From assembly GCF_964204645.1 (NCBI RefSeq), contig NW_027437438.1:62001-126000 (forward strand): a stretch of DNA of 64,000 nucleotides, written 5' to 3'. The notes below the pieces were generated by a model that was not told where the DNA came from, searched no databases, and worked only from the letters and a program-made list of their open reading frames with translations. Origin of the DNA: Tubulanus polymorphus (Eukaryota > Animalia > Nemertea). Below are positions 24,988 through 38,361 of this stretch, one piece after another. Each line of letters starts with the position of its first letter. The first letter of the stretch is position 1. The translations under genes were made by a program, and so were the position numbers.

Positions 24988-27900
24988 TGACTACAAAGTC
25001 TCTTTATTCAGCCACGTAACTACATCCGGCCTACACTAGGTTACATAAACAACCTAACACTAATACACTGACGTAAGACACTACTTTCCCTCCTTTTACC
25101 AGATTTTGAATGAACTTACAAAACTAAAAACCTATAATACGAATAATTTGTATTTCCCGTTAACCACAAGTAACACCAGTCTAATCAAACTATATGGACA
25201 TAAAGTCAAAAACTACAAGTATCTAAATTAAACATTATTAAGTCCAAACACTGTTCTAGTAACTAAACTACTCCCGTAACCCAACTATCGCTAAACTTAT
25301 AACTTGACTTAGGGTCCTACTAATTGGAACTTCATATAAGCAAATATCAAACTCAGACATGATCCAAAATTCCGTTAACTAATTAAGATACAGCTGCTAC
25401 GAATTAATTCCTCACTACACGTAATCTTTAAATCTAGCCGGTACGCGTACGTTTCGACCTGATCTCATTTGTACCGGTTGATCGTCAGCCGGCAACTCCC
25501 AATCGAGCAAGCCAGAATCGGTGACTATACCGTCGGGCCTTGACTCGATGTCAGAATCGGAATTAGATTTCTCGTCAGCATCATCCGCCTCTACGAATTT
25601 CTTTAGGTGAGCGGGATTTCTGACGTACTGGTTACCGCTCTCAGATTGAACCGTTACGCCTTTATCGTCCCTGCTAACTACTACTAAGGCCTTATCCGCG
25701 TAACGCGTAGACAGTTTATTCTCTTTTCTCTGTTCGATCAATACGCGATCACCAGATTTCAGATCGCTTGGTTTAGCTCGACGACGCGTATCTGCGAAAT
25801 CTTTGCCTTTTTGTTTCTCCTCCCTATCGCGATCTCTGACGGCCTGATCTGAGACATATTCTCGATCGCCGAACTCAGGCAATTTTGTACGGGTTTCCGG
25901 GCCAAACATAATCTTGGACGGCGATACACCGGTCGTTTCTCGCGGAGTGGAGTGGTAAGCTAATAAGAACTTATACAGTTCTCCCTGCCAGTCCTTACCC
26001 TCCGCTTGTGCAATCCGCATGCTCTTTAGTAATGTCCTATTTTGCCGTTCTATCTCCCCATTAGCCTGTGGCCAGATGGGGGGCTTAACCTGTGCTCGAT
26101 ATTAATCTCGGCCAGGTAATGTTGGAATTTTCCGAGATGAATTGCCTCCCGTTGTCAGTTTTCAGCGACCTTGGTAACCCAAACGCTGCGAATATTTTAT
26201 CTAAACAACGTATTATCTCGCGGGACCTTAAATCCCTGATTATCTCGACTCCCAAGAATCGGCTATAATAATCGATAATTGCCAATACGTATTCCCCTCC
26301 CGGCATCGGGCCAAGGAGGTCTGCGGCGGTATCCTGCCACGGCCCAGCCGGCAGCTCGTACCTTTTCATCGGTTCCGGTCTAGACGGCAGACTAACAAGT
26401 TGGCAACCCCGGCATGGGTTCACAACTCTCTCTGCATCACGATCTATGCCCGGCCACCATACTTTCGCTCTCAACCGACGCTTCGTTTTCACGATCCCTT
26501 GATGGCCCTCATGCGCGAGGCTCACGGCGCGTTTCCGTGGTGATTCGGGGATAACGATACGGCAGCCCCGTAAGATCAGGTTATCGACAGCGCAAAGTTC
26601 AGTCCGAACGTTCTTATACCCCAGCGGACAGTCGTGCCACTTATCCGTCTCGATGCACTCTCTGACGATTTGTAGCTTCTCGTCAGACTCGGATGCTCTG
26701 CCGATCTCTGAAACCTTCAGCGCGACTGGCGTAGCGTGAGCTACGATAAACCGCACATACTCCTCGCCCATATTGTCGTCGTTTCCGTCCGACGGATTAA
26801 TCAGCCGCGATAGCGCGTCTGCGGCCATTTCTTTACCGGGAATATGCTTGACGGTGAAGTCATAGGGTTGCAAACGTAATACCCACCTCTCAATCCGCGC
26901 GAATGGTTTAGACCTTGGCGAATAAATGAAAGTCAGAGGTTTATGATCCGTAACGATATCGAACCGTATACCGTAAAGAAACGTGTGGAATCTCTCACAT
27001 GCCCACACGATTCCCAGCGCCTCTCTCTCCGTTTGCGAATAACGCCTCTCAACCTGAGATAGGCTGCGATTTGCATAATACACGACGCGTTTTACCTTGT
27101 CCTGCGTTTGCACTAACATTGCCCCCAGACCGACTGGGCTGGCGTCGACTATAATTTCAGTCGGGGCACCCTTTTCGAAATACGCTAGTGTATCTGCTTT
27201 ACCGAGCTCTAGTTTCAGCTTACCAAACGCACGGTCGTGTTCTTTACCCCAGTGGAACGATACGCCGTTTCGGGTGAGCAGTCTCAACGGATCCGCGATT
27301 GTCGACAAATTATTGATGAATCGACTACTGAAATTCACCAAGCCCAGGAAGCTCCGGACTTCAGATGCGGAATTCGGCTTCCTTGCCTCGAGAACAGCTT
27401 TCACGCAATCTTTGACCAACATACTCTATCTCGGGTAAACGTATGTGGCATTTCGGCAGATTCACAGTGAGTCCGTTTTTTGCTAAAGTTTCCAGCACTT
27501 TGATAAGACGAGCATCGTGCTCATCGTCCCCTTTCCCGTGAATAATAAAGTCATCTGAAATGTTCGCGACGCCCGGACAATCAGCAAGAACCTGCTTAAC
27601 GACATGTTGGAAGAGTTCCGGGGCTGAACATAAGTCTTTTTTAACGGAAAATACCAAGATGACATGAAAACGTTTTTATACTGCGCGATTCCTCTTCAAG
27701 TTCTAACTGGTGAAATCCACTCTTCAGATCTATCTTACTAAAGACAGTACTACCATTCATGCTCTGAATTACCTCGTCAACCGTCGGAATCGGGTGACGC
27801 TCACGTATGACGGCTGTGTTTGCTTGCCGCATATCTACACAGACGCGAATATCCCCCGACGGTTTCGGCGCAATTACAAGTGGAGAGACCCAGGGCGTCG

Positions 27901-29507
27901 GTCCTTCCACCTTTTCGATTATGTCTTCCTCAAGGGGCTGATTAATCTTTGTTTCTAATCTGTCACGCAAGGCGAATGGAATTCTCCGAGAATTCTGCGC
28001 TACCGGTTTGATATTCTCATCCACATGGATTTTAGCTTGGTAGCCCTTTAGTTTACCGACCCCCGAACAAATTTCCGGATATCGTTTCTCAATATCGCTT
28101 ATCGTTATGCGTTTGTCGCTAATTGTATTAATGCCCAATCCGACCTTGAGAACGCCCAGTTTCTCAGCAGTAGATTTTCCAATCAGCGATCTGCCTTTAC
28201 CGCTAATAACGAGGAACCGGTCGCCAACTCCGAGGGTTGTGACGAATTTACCGACTGTAGATAACGGTTCTACTGAACCGTATGGGTGGAGTTTTTTTCG
28301 ATACCCGCACCGCAGTGCAGCTGATTTTCTGCTTTTTCAAATAATTCCACGTATCGGAGTCAATCACATTCACGGTTGAACCCGAGTCAACCAACGCTCG
28401 TATAATTATATCGCCTACTTTTAAATCGATGACGCCATCGCGCATCTCGTGACGCAACGAAAACAAGCTCTCTCCGACGGTGAATGGATATTCGGCCTCG
28501 TCATCGGAATCTCCCGCCACTGCGTTTGTTTTGTTTCTGTGTCTCGGCTCCCGGCCAACAGTGAACTTACTCTTACAGCATTTTGCGAAGTGACCCACTT
28601 TTCCACATTTCTTGCAGGAAGCTGACTGGGCAGGACATGATTTATCTTTTGAAATATGTCCCTGTTTCCCGCAACGGTAACACGTAATATCTGACTTCGC
28701 GCCAGAACGATAATTTCTACTGTAAACATTCGGCTTCGGTTTCCTCCTATCGACATGATTAACCTCACTTCTCGGTTTAACTTCCTCCATCTGCCTAGAC
28801 TGTATATCGACGGCTTCCATAGCTCTGGCTAGACTCAAAACAGTATTCAAATCGAGGGCTTCGCCTTTCTGAAGAAGTTCCCTTCGTAGCTGCGAGGACC
28901 TACATGATTCAACGACATGATCGCAAATCTGTTCCTTCTCGTCGGCAAACTCAGTTTTTCGCCTGATTGCGTAATCTGGCAACAAACTGGTCTACTGTTT
29001 CCGAACCCTCCTGTTTCAGGGAACGAAAAATGTGTCTTTCGAAAGTTTTATTTAATTTCGGGACGAAAAATTATCTAACTTACGAACCGCCTTTTTGAAC
29101 TCATCATCTTGCTCGCCTGGGACTCCAGGAACGAAACCTACTTCTGGTAGTGTTTCAAACATTTCCTGTACATCCATTCCGGCTGAGTGGAGTAACAGGG
29201 CTCTCTTCTGGCCCGCGTCCCGTATACCCTTTCCTTCGACGTAATAAAGAAACGCTTTCATTCACCGTTTCCATCTGGGTCCCACGCTCGAAGCATCCTC
29301 AGCACAGTCAAACTTTACCATCGGAGCGACATCCATTTTAGAACTTTAGTTTATCCTCGTCGCCATTTGTGACGTCCAACTGATTAAATACGGACAATAG
29401 AGTTAGACAATACTACAAAGTCTCTTTATTCAGCCACGTAACTACATCCGGCCTACACTAGATTACATAAACCACCTAACACTAATACACTGACGTAAGA
29501 CACTACA
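24988..29507 (-). mobile_element. Near full-length Ty3/Gypsy LTR retrotransposon in the Harbinger intron
   Basis: LTRs 29368-29507 (TG...CA) and 24988-25085 (internally deleted); TSD ATAAC; PBS TGGCGACGAGG (29355-29365); PPT AAAAGGAGGGAAA (25085-25097). Confidence 0.92.
25415..29336 (-). pseudogene. pol: Gypsy gag-pol (CCHC x2, protease, RT, RNase H, integrase), frameshifted
   Basis: CYRCGKQGH, CKKCGKVGH, LVDSGST, RVCVDMR, KIDLKSGFHQL, ISDDFII, VDASPVGLGA, YSQTEREAL, HEGHQG, DYYSRF, TDNGRQF. Confidence 0.92.
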
Positions 29508-30432
29508 ATAACTGAAGGCCTACTCACATGCGCGCACGCGCCCTACACAGCACATTGCACAGAAACTGGCGCAAAGCACTTATCGACACTTTCGCTTGCG
29601 GGGTCCGAACCTAAATCATTTTTAATAGCAACACAACTTTGCTAACATGGTAAGTCATTTTGTGAAACGTTCAAATGTGATGTGACCAAGATTAAGAATA
29701 AGAAGAGAGTTGTAACGTCCTAGTAAGTACGTACCTGTATGATCGCATATCGCCTGTACGTTGATACTGTTAAAATTCTTCCGATTGACATATGCTGGCT
29801 CGTTCTGGACTGGTGACTGGATTCTAACGTGAGTTCCATCAACAACTCCTGCTTCTCTGGGGAACCCAACCTCGGCTAAATCGTAAAAAGCAGCCATCAC
29901 CTTCCTCAAATCATCTTGCGTGGTTGGCCATTTGATAAAATCGTTCATCCTATTAGCCAAACTAGTGGCTTGTATATATAATTCTGGAAACTGTCGATTT
30001 ATGTACACCAAAGTTATCTGCTATTACAGACAGAAAAGCCCCAGAAGCCCCAGGTCCTCGCGTAAAGTTCAGCAATAAAGTTTATCCCATTTCTTCCAAA
30101 ACGAAATCTTTCTCGTAGGCATTCATCGGAAAACTGATTGAGATGATCAAATCGCTGTCGATTTACTCTGTTGTAGCCAAATTCAGACAATAAAAAGGCT
30201 ATGTCGGCCATTTTTAACCACTGGTTAAGAACTTAACATAGCCCTGTGGTTCGTTTAACTTAAACCGATGGTTAGAGAATTTAACCGTTGGTTCAATTTT
30301 TGAGCAACCCAATCTCACCGACAGTTGAGAGTTTAACCGTCGGTTAGGGATTTAAACGACGGTTAAGAGTTGAACCAACCTTTGAGCAACTGGCCCCAGG
30401 ATAAATTTGACCCCAAAAAACAAGTAAAGGAT

Positions 30433-30473
30433 GAGTAAGCACCACAGTAACCATTTGAAGGTAAGTAGGCTTA
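30433..30473. repeat. 41-bp direct repeat, copy 1
   Basis: GAGTAAGCACCACAGTAACCATTTGAAGGTAAGTAGGCTTA, identical to 31426-31466. Confidence 0.95.
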
Positions 30474-31263
30474 AACATAGGCGACGATACGTTGTTTTAT
30501 CCAATCCACAGCCCTGTGTTGGTAATGAATTCCACAGAAGTCAGCGGACCGAAGCTGCGGGTGTGGAATCTCACGGAAACCTGCTTCCCGTGCTCTTCTG
30601 TTAAAATGTCTTATCCGGCGCACAGCGTCAGCGTTTTCCTCGTGGCATGGTGGAACAGGGACCTCCAAATGGTACAGTGGAACCGAAGGAAATTTTCTCT
30701 GCAATATTTTGTAGAGCTCAACGATATCTGCACAGGTATGGCGTCTGAACTGCCGTGTATGGTTCAGGCCATGATTAAAACTGATGAACACCTTATGTGG
30801 GTATGTCGGATGTAGCTAACCGGGCCCTGAACCTTCTCCCCCGGATGACTAATGGGGATAATAATAGCGTCTGCTTTGAGCTGCTTGAACATGGAATCAG
30901 ATAGTTATAACAGTGGTAGGCGGGAACGAATGCATCTGGTCGCTAGCCGTTGCATTCTTGAGTCCAGGTCATCAGGGTTACCGCCAGCCTTCTTCACCAT
31001 ATCCCGTAGGTAGAACCATAGCTCTCCAAACCGAGAGGTGCCAAGCTTAGGCGGGGTCCTCGACAGTGCACTTATCAAACCCATAACGGTGGCAAGCAGT
31101 TCTCTTTCCGCCAATTCTGCCAGTTTCCTCCTGCATGGTTTTGGGTGGCGACCAAAGTATTGAACAAACTGCATGACTGATCTACGAAGATTTTTCTTCT
31201 CTTCAACAATAGCTGGGCGGTGTCAAGCTTCACGGTGTCAAGCTCGAGTACATCCATTTGCAA
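30471..31263 (-). pseudogene. SGNH/GDSL hydrolase-like accessory gene
   Basis: Joining frames gives LSDSMFKQL (block I), SHPG (block II), NHGLNH (block III) and DFCGIHY (block V-like), in the right order; one stop and at least two frameshifts. Confidence 0.6.
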
Positions 31264-31425
31264 ATTTCTTTTCGCTTCCTAAACCCGACAAATCAAATTC
31301 GACAATTAAAATTTGGCTTTAAGATTTAGCATTTAGTGAAAAGTGAGTAGAGTAGTACACGTATACGCGGGAGTGGATATTTAGTATATAATGAATATAG
31401 TGCATCTGGTTATGCATTTAAACAC

Positions 31426-31466
31426 GAGTAAGCACCACAGTAACCATTTGAAGGTAAGTAGGCTTA
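31426..31466. repeat. 41-bp direct repeat, copy 2
   Basis: Identical to 30433-30473. Confidence 0.95.
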
Positions 31467-31990
31467 GTGTCGCTTATGAGGAACTGTCTTTCCAGTCTAA
31501 CGCAAGTCAACATAATCAGTATTTGCCTGTAACAAACTCCTACCCTACTTAAGCCAAAGTTCTTTGTTTTGAGCTATACGTGACCTTAGTTCTTCGCATT
31601 TACAACAGTTAATCTGCTCACGAAATCTTTTCGGGGGCTGCAACTGATTACGAGGGCGAAGTCTGCTTTTAGGGCTAGTTTCTTCAACCACCTCCTCCAT
31701 TTTCTCTTCCCTCTGGGGCACTGGCAAATCAACATCTTCTCAGGGCTGCTCGTGAGTACAGCCAGTCTCTATTTCAGCTAAGCGATCTGGCTTGCTGGCA
31801 GATCCTGGAAGTGGCTTATTCTGTGCCCGAGTCATCTTATTCAGTCCCTGCTTTTTAGCCCTCCGGGTCCACACGATGTAATCATCGTCAACCGACCCCT
31901 ACGAAGAACTCTTGGTAGGCTGTCTTGAATCCCTCGGCTTCCTTTCAGGTCTTTTCTCTCGCCTTAACGATGGGGTGTCTACAGTTGGCT
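31467..31990 (-). pseudogene. Probable low-complexity C-terminal tail of a Gypsy integrase
   Basis: RLRPRNQLQPPKRF resembles the RxRPRRxxxPPxRY tails of Gypsy integrases; same strand as the Gypsy pol interrupted at 39258. Confidence 0.45.
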
Positions 31991-31994
31991 CCCA

Positions 31995-33982
31995 ACGGCG
32001 ACTTTGGCTGTTTTTGGAATTGTCAATTTACCATCAGTTGAGGAAATAGTTTTAATAGATTTCTTTTTCGTTTTAATGTTCATGAACTTATTGTATATGG
32101 TTTCCTTGTCTTCGTTGCTTTTCTGCATCCACATTACATGGGAAATAGTATATCTTTGTAAAGAAAGAACAACTTCATAATTTCCTTGATGGTGAAGGGC
32201 ACGACAGACATCGATATACTGGATTTTTACCAATTTGTGTAACTGTTCTATCAAATCGGGGATCTTCAGAATCTTCCAGTTAGTTGCTAAATTGATTATA
32301 CTGTTTATAGTCTCTGGGTTATTGTTTGTCCATCCTATAGGGTGACATTTCTTAACTTGAGATGGCGTGAATACATACTCTTCAAGTCTTGGCTCCAGCT
32401 TTTCAAAGTATGGGATGAAGAGCGGAGCGATTTCGTTGATTCTAGCCTTGACCTTCATCATTCTGAGTTTATGCTTATACTCATCAAGTTCATGTAACGC
32501 GCCGCTTTTACCAAATATAGAGTCGACTATATCATATTTTATCATTCACCCCAATTTTGTGTTGCAAATGCCATTTTACGTTTTCAATCAAATGTCGGTA
32601 GCATAACAATTGAGTAGCATTTGGAAATGTCTCTTTGATTGCTTTCAGTACAGCTTTTTCTTCGCCGGATCCAACGGTTAACATTTTGCCCGCAATTTCT
32701 GTATTTACGTTCGAGTCTAATTTCCCTTTTAAATGAGAGAAGAATCGCTGGTACGTAATGGTCTCGCCGTCCCAATGCAGAAATAATGGCCCAATGAAAA
32801 TTGGTGATTCTTGTGTTTCACGACGGAGCAAATGGGTGTTCTTGAAAACCGTTATAGTCAAATAGCAGGCACCGATCGATGCCAAGAATCGAAGGTTCCG
32901 CCGCTTGCGTACAAAATCGTTTTACGTCTCTCATCTGTTGCTCTGTATATAAAATAACCGTCGGAGGTTTTTCGATCGAAGTAATAACCTCTCGGATGAA
33001 ATCACTGCCGGATTGCATATTCATGAGAGTTTGTATTTCATCCGCTACATTCTTACGGTTGCCGGATGTGCGATCCTTGACCATTTCACGGTGCCGTTCT
33101 GTACCTGTTTCAAGTTTCTTGGCGCTGATGATGAGCTATTTAGACATATGTGGTTATGAACTTGCATTGGTGCTTGTGTGGTCACCTTATCGGCGATTAC
33201 ATCCATGACGGAGTCTGAAGTCCGAAAATATTCTATTCCTGTTCCCTTTTTTGTATTGCCATGCGGCGTACCACTATCCGGTGAATCACCGAGATACTCC
33301 ACTACTGACCGGTTTCGTACATCGCCGAAGTTTGCTGGAGAATGGTCAATCCAAGTAATTCGTTTTTTGAAATCCGGTTTTCGTTTTAGTGTAGCGTAAA
33401 ACCGCCTCAAAATAATCAAATCTTCGTCAGAAGGTTGTTGATCAAATGCTACGAATTCTTTTTTCACCCTAATGCCGTACGAACCATTCTTCGTTTGGAT
33501 GACCTGGAAGATGAAATTTACCTGATGAAATCCCGATCATTCAAATCACAAATAGAAGTGATGGACGTCAATTTTAGTACGTATATAACGTATTTATGCG
33601 TTTTTACCTTATGTGTTCCATTTTCTTGTATGAGAACCACCACCTTCTTAGTTGAAGACATCTTTTTGTCCCAAATTCCAGAGTCATCAACGAATTTACT
33701 CCGGTTCCCAGCCTGTCTACGTTGAATGTTATTGGTGTTGTCTAATATGTAGTACACATCATGTTTTCGGCCGTTTGGAATACTGGTGGGAAAATCTAAT
33801 TTTTCGGTGGCGGATTTTCTAATCACATCAATCACTCCAGCGGTATCCAAAAATCTCCCATTTAGCCGGCCCGAAGAGCCGTCATTTTCATTTGATTGTA
33901 TCGTCGTGGTGCCGTCGTCAAATGTGTCAGACGGTGATGAAACGCCTAGAAAGGAGATAGATATGCTATTAAAAACGGTCAA
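31995..33982 (-). pseudogene. MULE-type DDE transposase region
   Basis: ILGIDR (D), TVGSGEEKAVLKAI (second D mutated), LLCYRHLIEN (CxxH), WTNNNPETINS (E); several frameshifts. Confidence 0.8.
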
Positions 33983-34081
33983 TTTAGATTCCCAGGCATT
34001 GTTTAATACTTCAAATTGATATACACACCTGTTAAATCTGATCTGGAAGAAAGTGTAGAACTATGCCCTGGTTGATCATTG

Positions 34082-34949
34082 CACAGGCGGATCCAGTTTT
34101 TATAGGGGGTGGACAGGACAAAGTAGGGCACACCTTTCTATGGCACATCGCGAGCGCCGAAGGCGCGATGCCCACAAGGGGGGAAATTTTGAAAATTTGG
34201 TGTTCTTAAATGTGTTTTGTGGCATTTCAGAGGGTCCATTCTAGGAGAAAAAGAAGTCATTTAGACTTCATTTTGTAACCTTAGGGTCCAGGAAGGTGCC
34301 ACAGATAGGGCAAAAAACAAGCACATAAAATTTGAGTTTCATACACATCATCTTTTTATTTATACTCTACTCTTGTTATTGTCAGATTTTATTGCATTTC
34401 CTTTCCTCTGATAAAATATTCAAATTTTAAAAAGTTTTCATCGTAACGCTATAAAATGTGCCCTTTTTATCAACTTTTCTGACATTTCACGTGCCCATAT
34501 TCCAGAAAAGATATAACAGAATATGCCTTTTTCACAGTTTTCATCGTATATACTCTATAAGATGTGCCCTTTTTATCAATTTCTCGGGCATTATAGGTGC
34601 CCCTATTTCAGAATTCATGCCCGTTTCACAATTTTCATCGTATATACGCTTATAAGATGTGCCCTTTTTATTAATTTCTCTGGCATTATAGGTGCCCCTA
34701 TTACATAATAGGTGCCCTTAGATATGACAGCACAGCAGCATGAATGCCATTTTCAAAGGCAACGTCCTTGACTGCCGAATCGCGCGATGTAAATATAGTC
34801 GTGTTCGAGTGATCGAGTGTTAAAAATCGAGTGTTAAAATTTTCTTCTATTGCTTTTTTTTCTGACATTCCTGAAAGCCAGGAGGGCACTTTTAATTTTT
34901 CAAGGGGGTGGACTGGTCCACTCGGTCCACCACCCTAGATCCGCCCTTG
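34082..34949. mobile_element. hAT5-like MITE with internal ~80-bp tandem repeats
   Basis: Ends CACAGGCGGATC / GATCCGCCCTTG; TSD CATTG (34077-34081, 34950-34954); repeats at ~34430-34720. Confidence 0.8.
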
Positions 34950-36840
34950 CATTGATCAGGCGTGTCTTCGCGTCGATTTTGTCTGAAAAGAAATAGAAAA
35001 AATCAGTTCCTGTTATAACTTAGTTATCAAATGTTGTTATAATAATTCAATTGTTTTTACAAAACTTACAATCTACATCGACTTTTTTAAGTGCGGGAAC
35101 TGTTATTCTGGACTCGTCAAATTCCGGAAACGGCGCAGAAATACCTATAGATATGATTTCATGTTTAATTAATGATAGTCCTGTTGCCAAACGATTAAAT
35201 AGATCGAGCAGTTAATAGATCGAGCAGTATGACGACATGACGACGTAACGTACCTGCAGCTGTACTATTAAACTGTCTTGATGGGCTGTCAGAATCTTGC
35301 ATTTGTAAAGGACTAACGCAGTTCTCAAAGCTCACTCTTTTCGAAGATCTCTTCTCTGCAAAGACAAAATGGAATGTAAGCTAACAATGCAGCTTGAACT
35401 TTATGTAGAGTTATTAGATGTTAAGTATATATGTCTTACCGGAATTTCGTGGTGACATCTTAAAACTGGTCATGCGTTTCTCCTTTCGTGTGGTTTCTAA
35501 AACAGAAAAAAGAAGACTTGCTTTTTTCTGTACACTTTTTTTCTTATTTGTTTCAGATTGAGAGTCGACACTATTGATCCGCAGCTGAATTGTACTTTCA
35601 AAAAGATCAAACGATTTATATACGTAGGTTTCTTGGCATGTCCTGGGAGAACACACGCATTGTTCGTTATGTACGATAATACATTTTCCGCCTTAATGGT
35701 TGTTTGTCTGAAACTTTTATACTGGTATCAGACGAGCATTCTAAATCATTTGAAGGTAATCACGGCGCTGTAGTCATGAGAAGAATTCGTGGAAATGAGC
35801 AATTATGAAATAAACTTATGAAACACTCGCTGACCCTTAGTCTGATAAATCGATAATAAGGAGGAATATTAAAGAGTGACATTAAAGGGTTTTTATTATT
35901 TTAATTAATAAAAGTTTGTGTGTTTTAATTTGAATGTACTAATATCGATAAAGAATATAAATAAGAAAGATGATATTTCGGCTTACATTGTATATTACTA
36001 TTTAGACAAAATTAAATATCGTTCATTGTGGGAATTGTGTTCATTGGATAAGTTAAAATAAATGAGTTTGAGGGTTGGAAAAATAGTATGTAATCTCTTC
36101 GGTGCGGTTGAGAAGGAGAGCAGACCGGCAGGTATCATGACGTCGAGGGTCGGGTTAAAGTTAGCAGCGAATGAAAAGTCTAGGAATCAGGACCCCAGCT
36201 CTGCGTCGTGGTGCTGCGTTGGTTGCTCGTTCCCTTTTACGGCTGGCCGCAAGCAGGTTTCTGGATTTTTCTTGGGTGTGGACGCAGCCGTATAAAAGGG
36301 GCCGCACCTCGAGAGAGCGGACTCTTTTAGAAAGCATTTTCAGGGGAAGCATTAGAAGACTATAGAACAGATAACTTTCGGCTATCCGGTTGAATTGCAT
36401 CTTCTTGTGTGCGGGATTTGTAACAAAATTCTAAATTAAAAGGTAGGGAATTTTGTAAATTGTTGAGACTAAAGTTCAATTTAAATTGTTAGAATAAAAG
36501 TTGAGTATTATCATATTTAAATCCGGAGTTCCTTTCGGGTTTCTGTGTTCGTGGTCGACTTTCTCGCCAGGGACCGGAGTTTGTAATAGAGGAAAAAGAC
36601 AATAGAGAAAGGGACCGCGGAACACTATATAAAACTTACTCGGTGTCTGATCTAAGCTTGGAAACGTTTCTTCTGACGAAAGATAAAGCACATTTTCCTT
36701 GTCTACCGCTGCAATGATAGAATTTGGTGAATTAAGGCATATATTCATTTGGTAAAAACTCTCACTAGATAATTTCAGAAATCATTTAAAGAATCTTCGT
36801 TTCATACGAAGTTTGGTAACTTAAAATTATGAACACTTAC

Positions 36841-38361
36841 ACGAGGTCGTTGAAATCATTTTCAAACGATTCTTTTCTATCAAAGGGACGAAATGGTTTG
36901 GTATCCACACATTTCCGTGCGACTCTCCAATTCTTGTCCACAATATATTAATTGGAGGTGACATTTTCCTATGGCATTCACGAGGCACCATTTCGGTATT
37001 TAGCAGTCTCACGTGCTGGTCCATCATACCAATCACAGGTGGATATACAGTTCGTATGTAGCGCCCAATAACTGTCGCCAATGCGTGAATTGTTATTTGT
37101 GGCGATTAGGCGTAATCAGTTGCTGCAGCCCTACATGTTTCCTCTATAGATGGCGATATTAATGCGTATCCCCTGTTCTCTGCTTCTTGTTCATAGAACT
37201 TCGTGTTTCTGACGAGGTCTGTCGCTGTCCTGACTCTGAGTTCATCGGCAAGTATTTCGGTTCCTAATTAAGCCATGGAAACTGCATTAAAGAGACAGTT
37301 TCCATCTCCTCTAACACGCACAGGAATAAGCCTGGTACGTTCACAATGTTTCGCGATAATTGATCGGCATCAGCGACTATTTCAGGAGTCAATTTCTGTT
37401 CGAATTGTCCAAAACTGGCCAGTTTGATGGCCACCATGTTGGCTGCTTTATGAAGGCCCTCCTTTCTTAGTATAGCGGCTTCGTATAGGATGAGTAGGCG
37501 GGTGTACATAATAGATCCACCGGGCTTGGAAAAACACTTGTTGCAATTGTATTTCAATTTCGATTGGCCCAGCAGCTCGAATTCTTCATACCCTATCTTC
37601 TCGCTTGCAGCATGACACCACTGCTTGCAGATAGGACAATAAACGCTGGGTTCCTTATCGCATGAAAGCATACATACCCCGCAAGGCCACTTGGTTTTAC
37701 CTAAAAGAAAATTTACAATATTAGTTTTAGGAAATTTGTATCATCAGTTTTCAGAATTTCAATTATCAATGCGGATTTTAAAATGTCAGACATCAGTTAG
37801 AAAGGTGATAATTTGTTAAACAATATCGGCCTGTGTCAATTCTACCACGTATTTCAAAAATTTTAGAGAAGTTGATTTATGTGTGATTGAAAACATTTGT
37901 AGATAAATACATGTTAATAAATACATCACATTCATATTTGGAGAAGGCTATTCGACGGACATTGCATGGCTATCAATTTAATTATTTCTCATAATAATAA
38001 TTCAAATCATTCGTTTGTATCATGCAAACATGGTAAGTTTAAATAATTTTGAACAAATGACACAATCATAAAAGAAAAAGAATCGGGCCTAAAATTGAAC
38101 TTTGATGAATTCCGCATGAATAAAAGTGACCCTTGAATGTCAAGAACAAAAAAAGTTATATCTTTGGTTCAAATAGATAGATTGTCTCTTAAATTTAAGA
38201 GTAAAATCTCTGTAAATTTATTATATCTGATAAAATTCTCTTGTAATATTCTTACCTTTCGAATCATTTTTAATTTTGTTGCCACGTTTCTGACTAGCCC
38301 GTTTCTGATCATCGGAAGCTATTTGGCGTCGCGAAGGTTTTCTTGACCTTTTAAAATCCAT
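36841..38361 (-). pseudogene. 5' exons of the MULE-like gene: PHD finger + OTU-like (vertnin-like) cysteine protease
   Basis: Exon 38361-38256 (MDFKRSRK...DSK|GTAAG) splices in frame to 37700 (GKTKWPCGVC..CPIC..WCH..YNCNKC). OTU motifs VRGDGNCLFNAVS (shifted frame, ~37300) and WIPNHFVPLI; donor GTAAGT at 36840. Confidence 0.8.

Larger units (their letters stand above)
23875..30211 (-). pseudogene. Harbinger (HARBI1-like, DDE_Tnp_4) transposase; exons ~30211-29735, 24624-24546, 24283-23875
   Basis: LRERFRF; FP..GVVDGTHVRI..YVNRKNFNSINVQAICD; [15 protein letters not shown]; LGDSGY...IERAFGILKRRF...IIVACMVLHN. Canonical GT-AG junctions keep the frame between the last three exons; frameshift near 30012. 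Confidence 0.9.
23430..30397 (-). mobile_element. PIF/Harbinger DNA transposon (left end lost), containing a Gypsy insertion
   Basis: Right terminus GCAACTGGCCC(C) at ~30386-30397, subterminal TAACCxxxGGTTA palindromes, a spliced DDE transposase, and a convergent second-ORF remnant. Confidence 0.85.

Noticed and set aside
30433-30473. 41-bp repeat as a spliced-leader RNA gene
   Set aside because: It has a donor site, but similarity ends a few bases downstream and no Sm-binding site is visible.
36020-36430. Possible solo LTR (TATAAAA, CRE-like motif) in the MULE intron
   Set aside because: No TSD or partner LTR could be identified.
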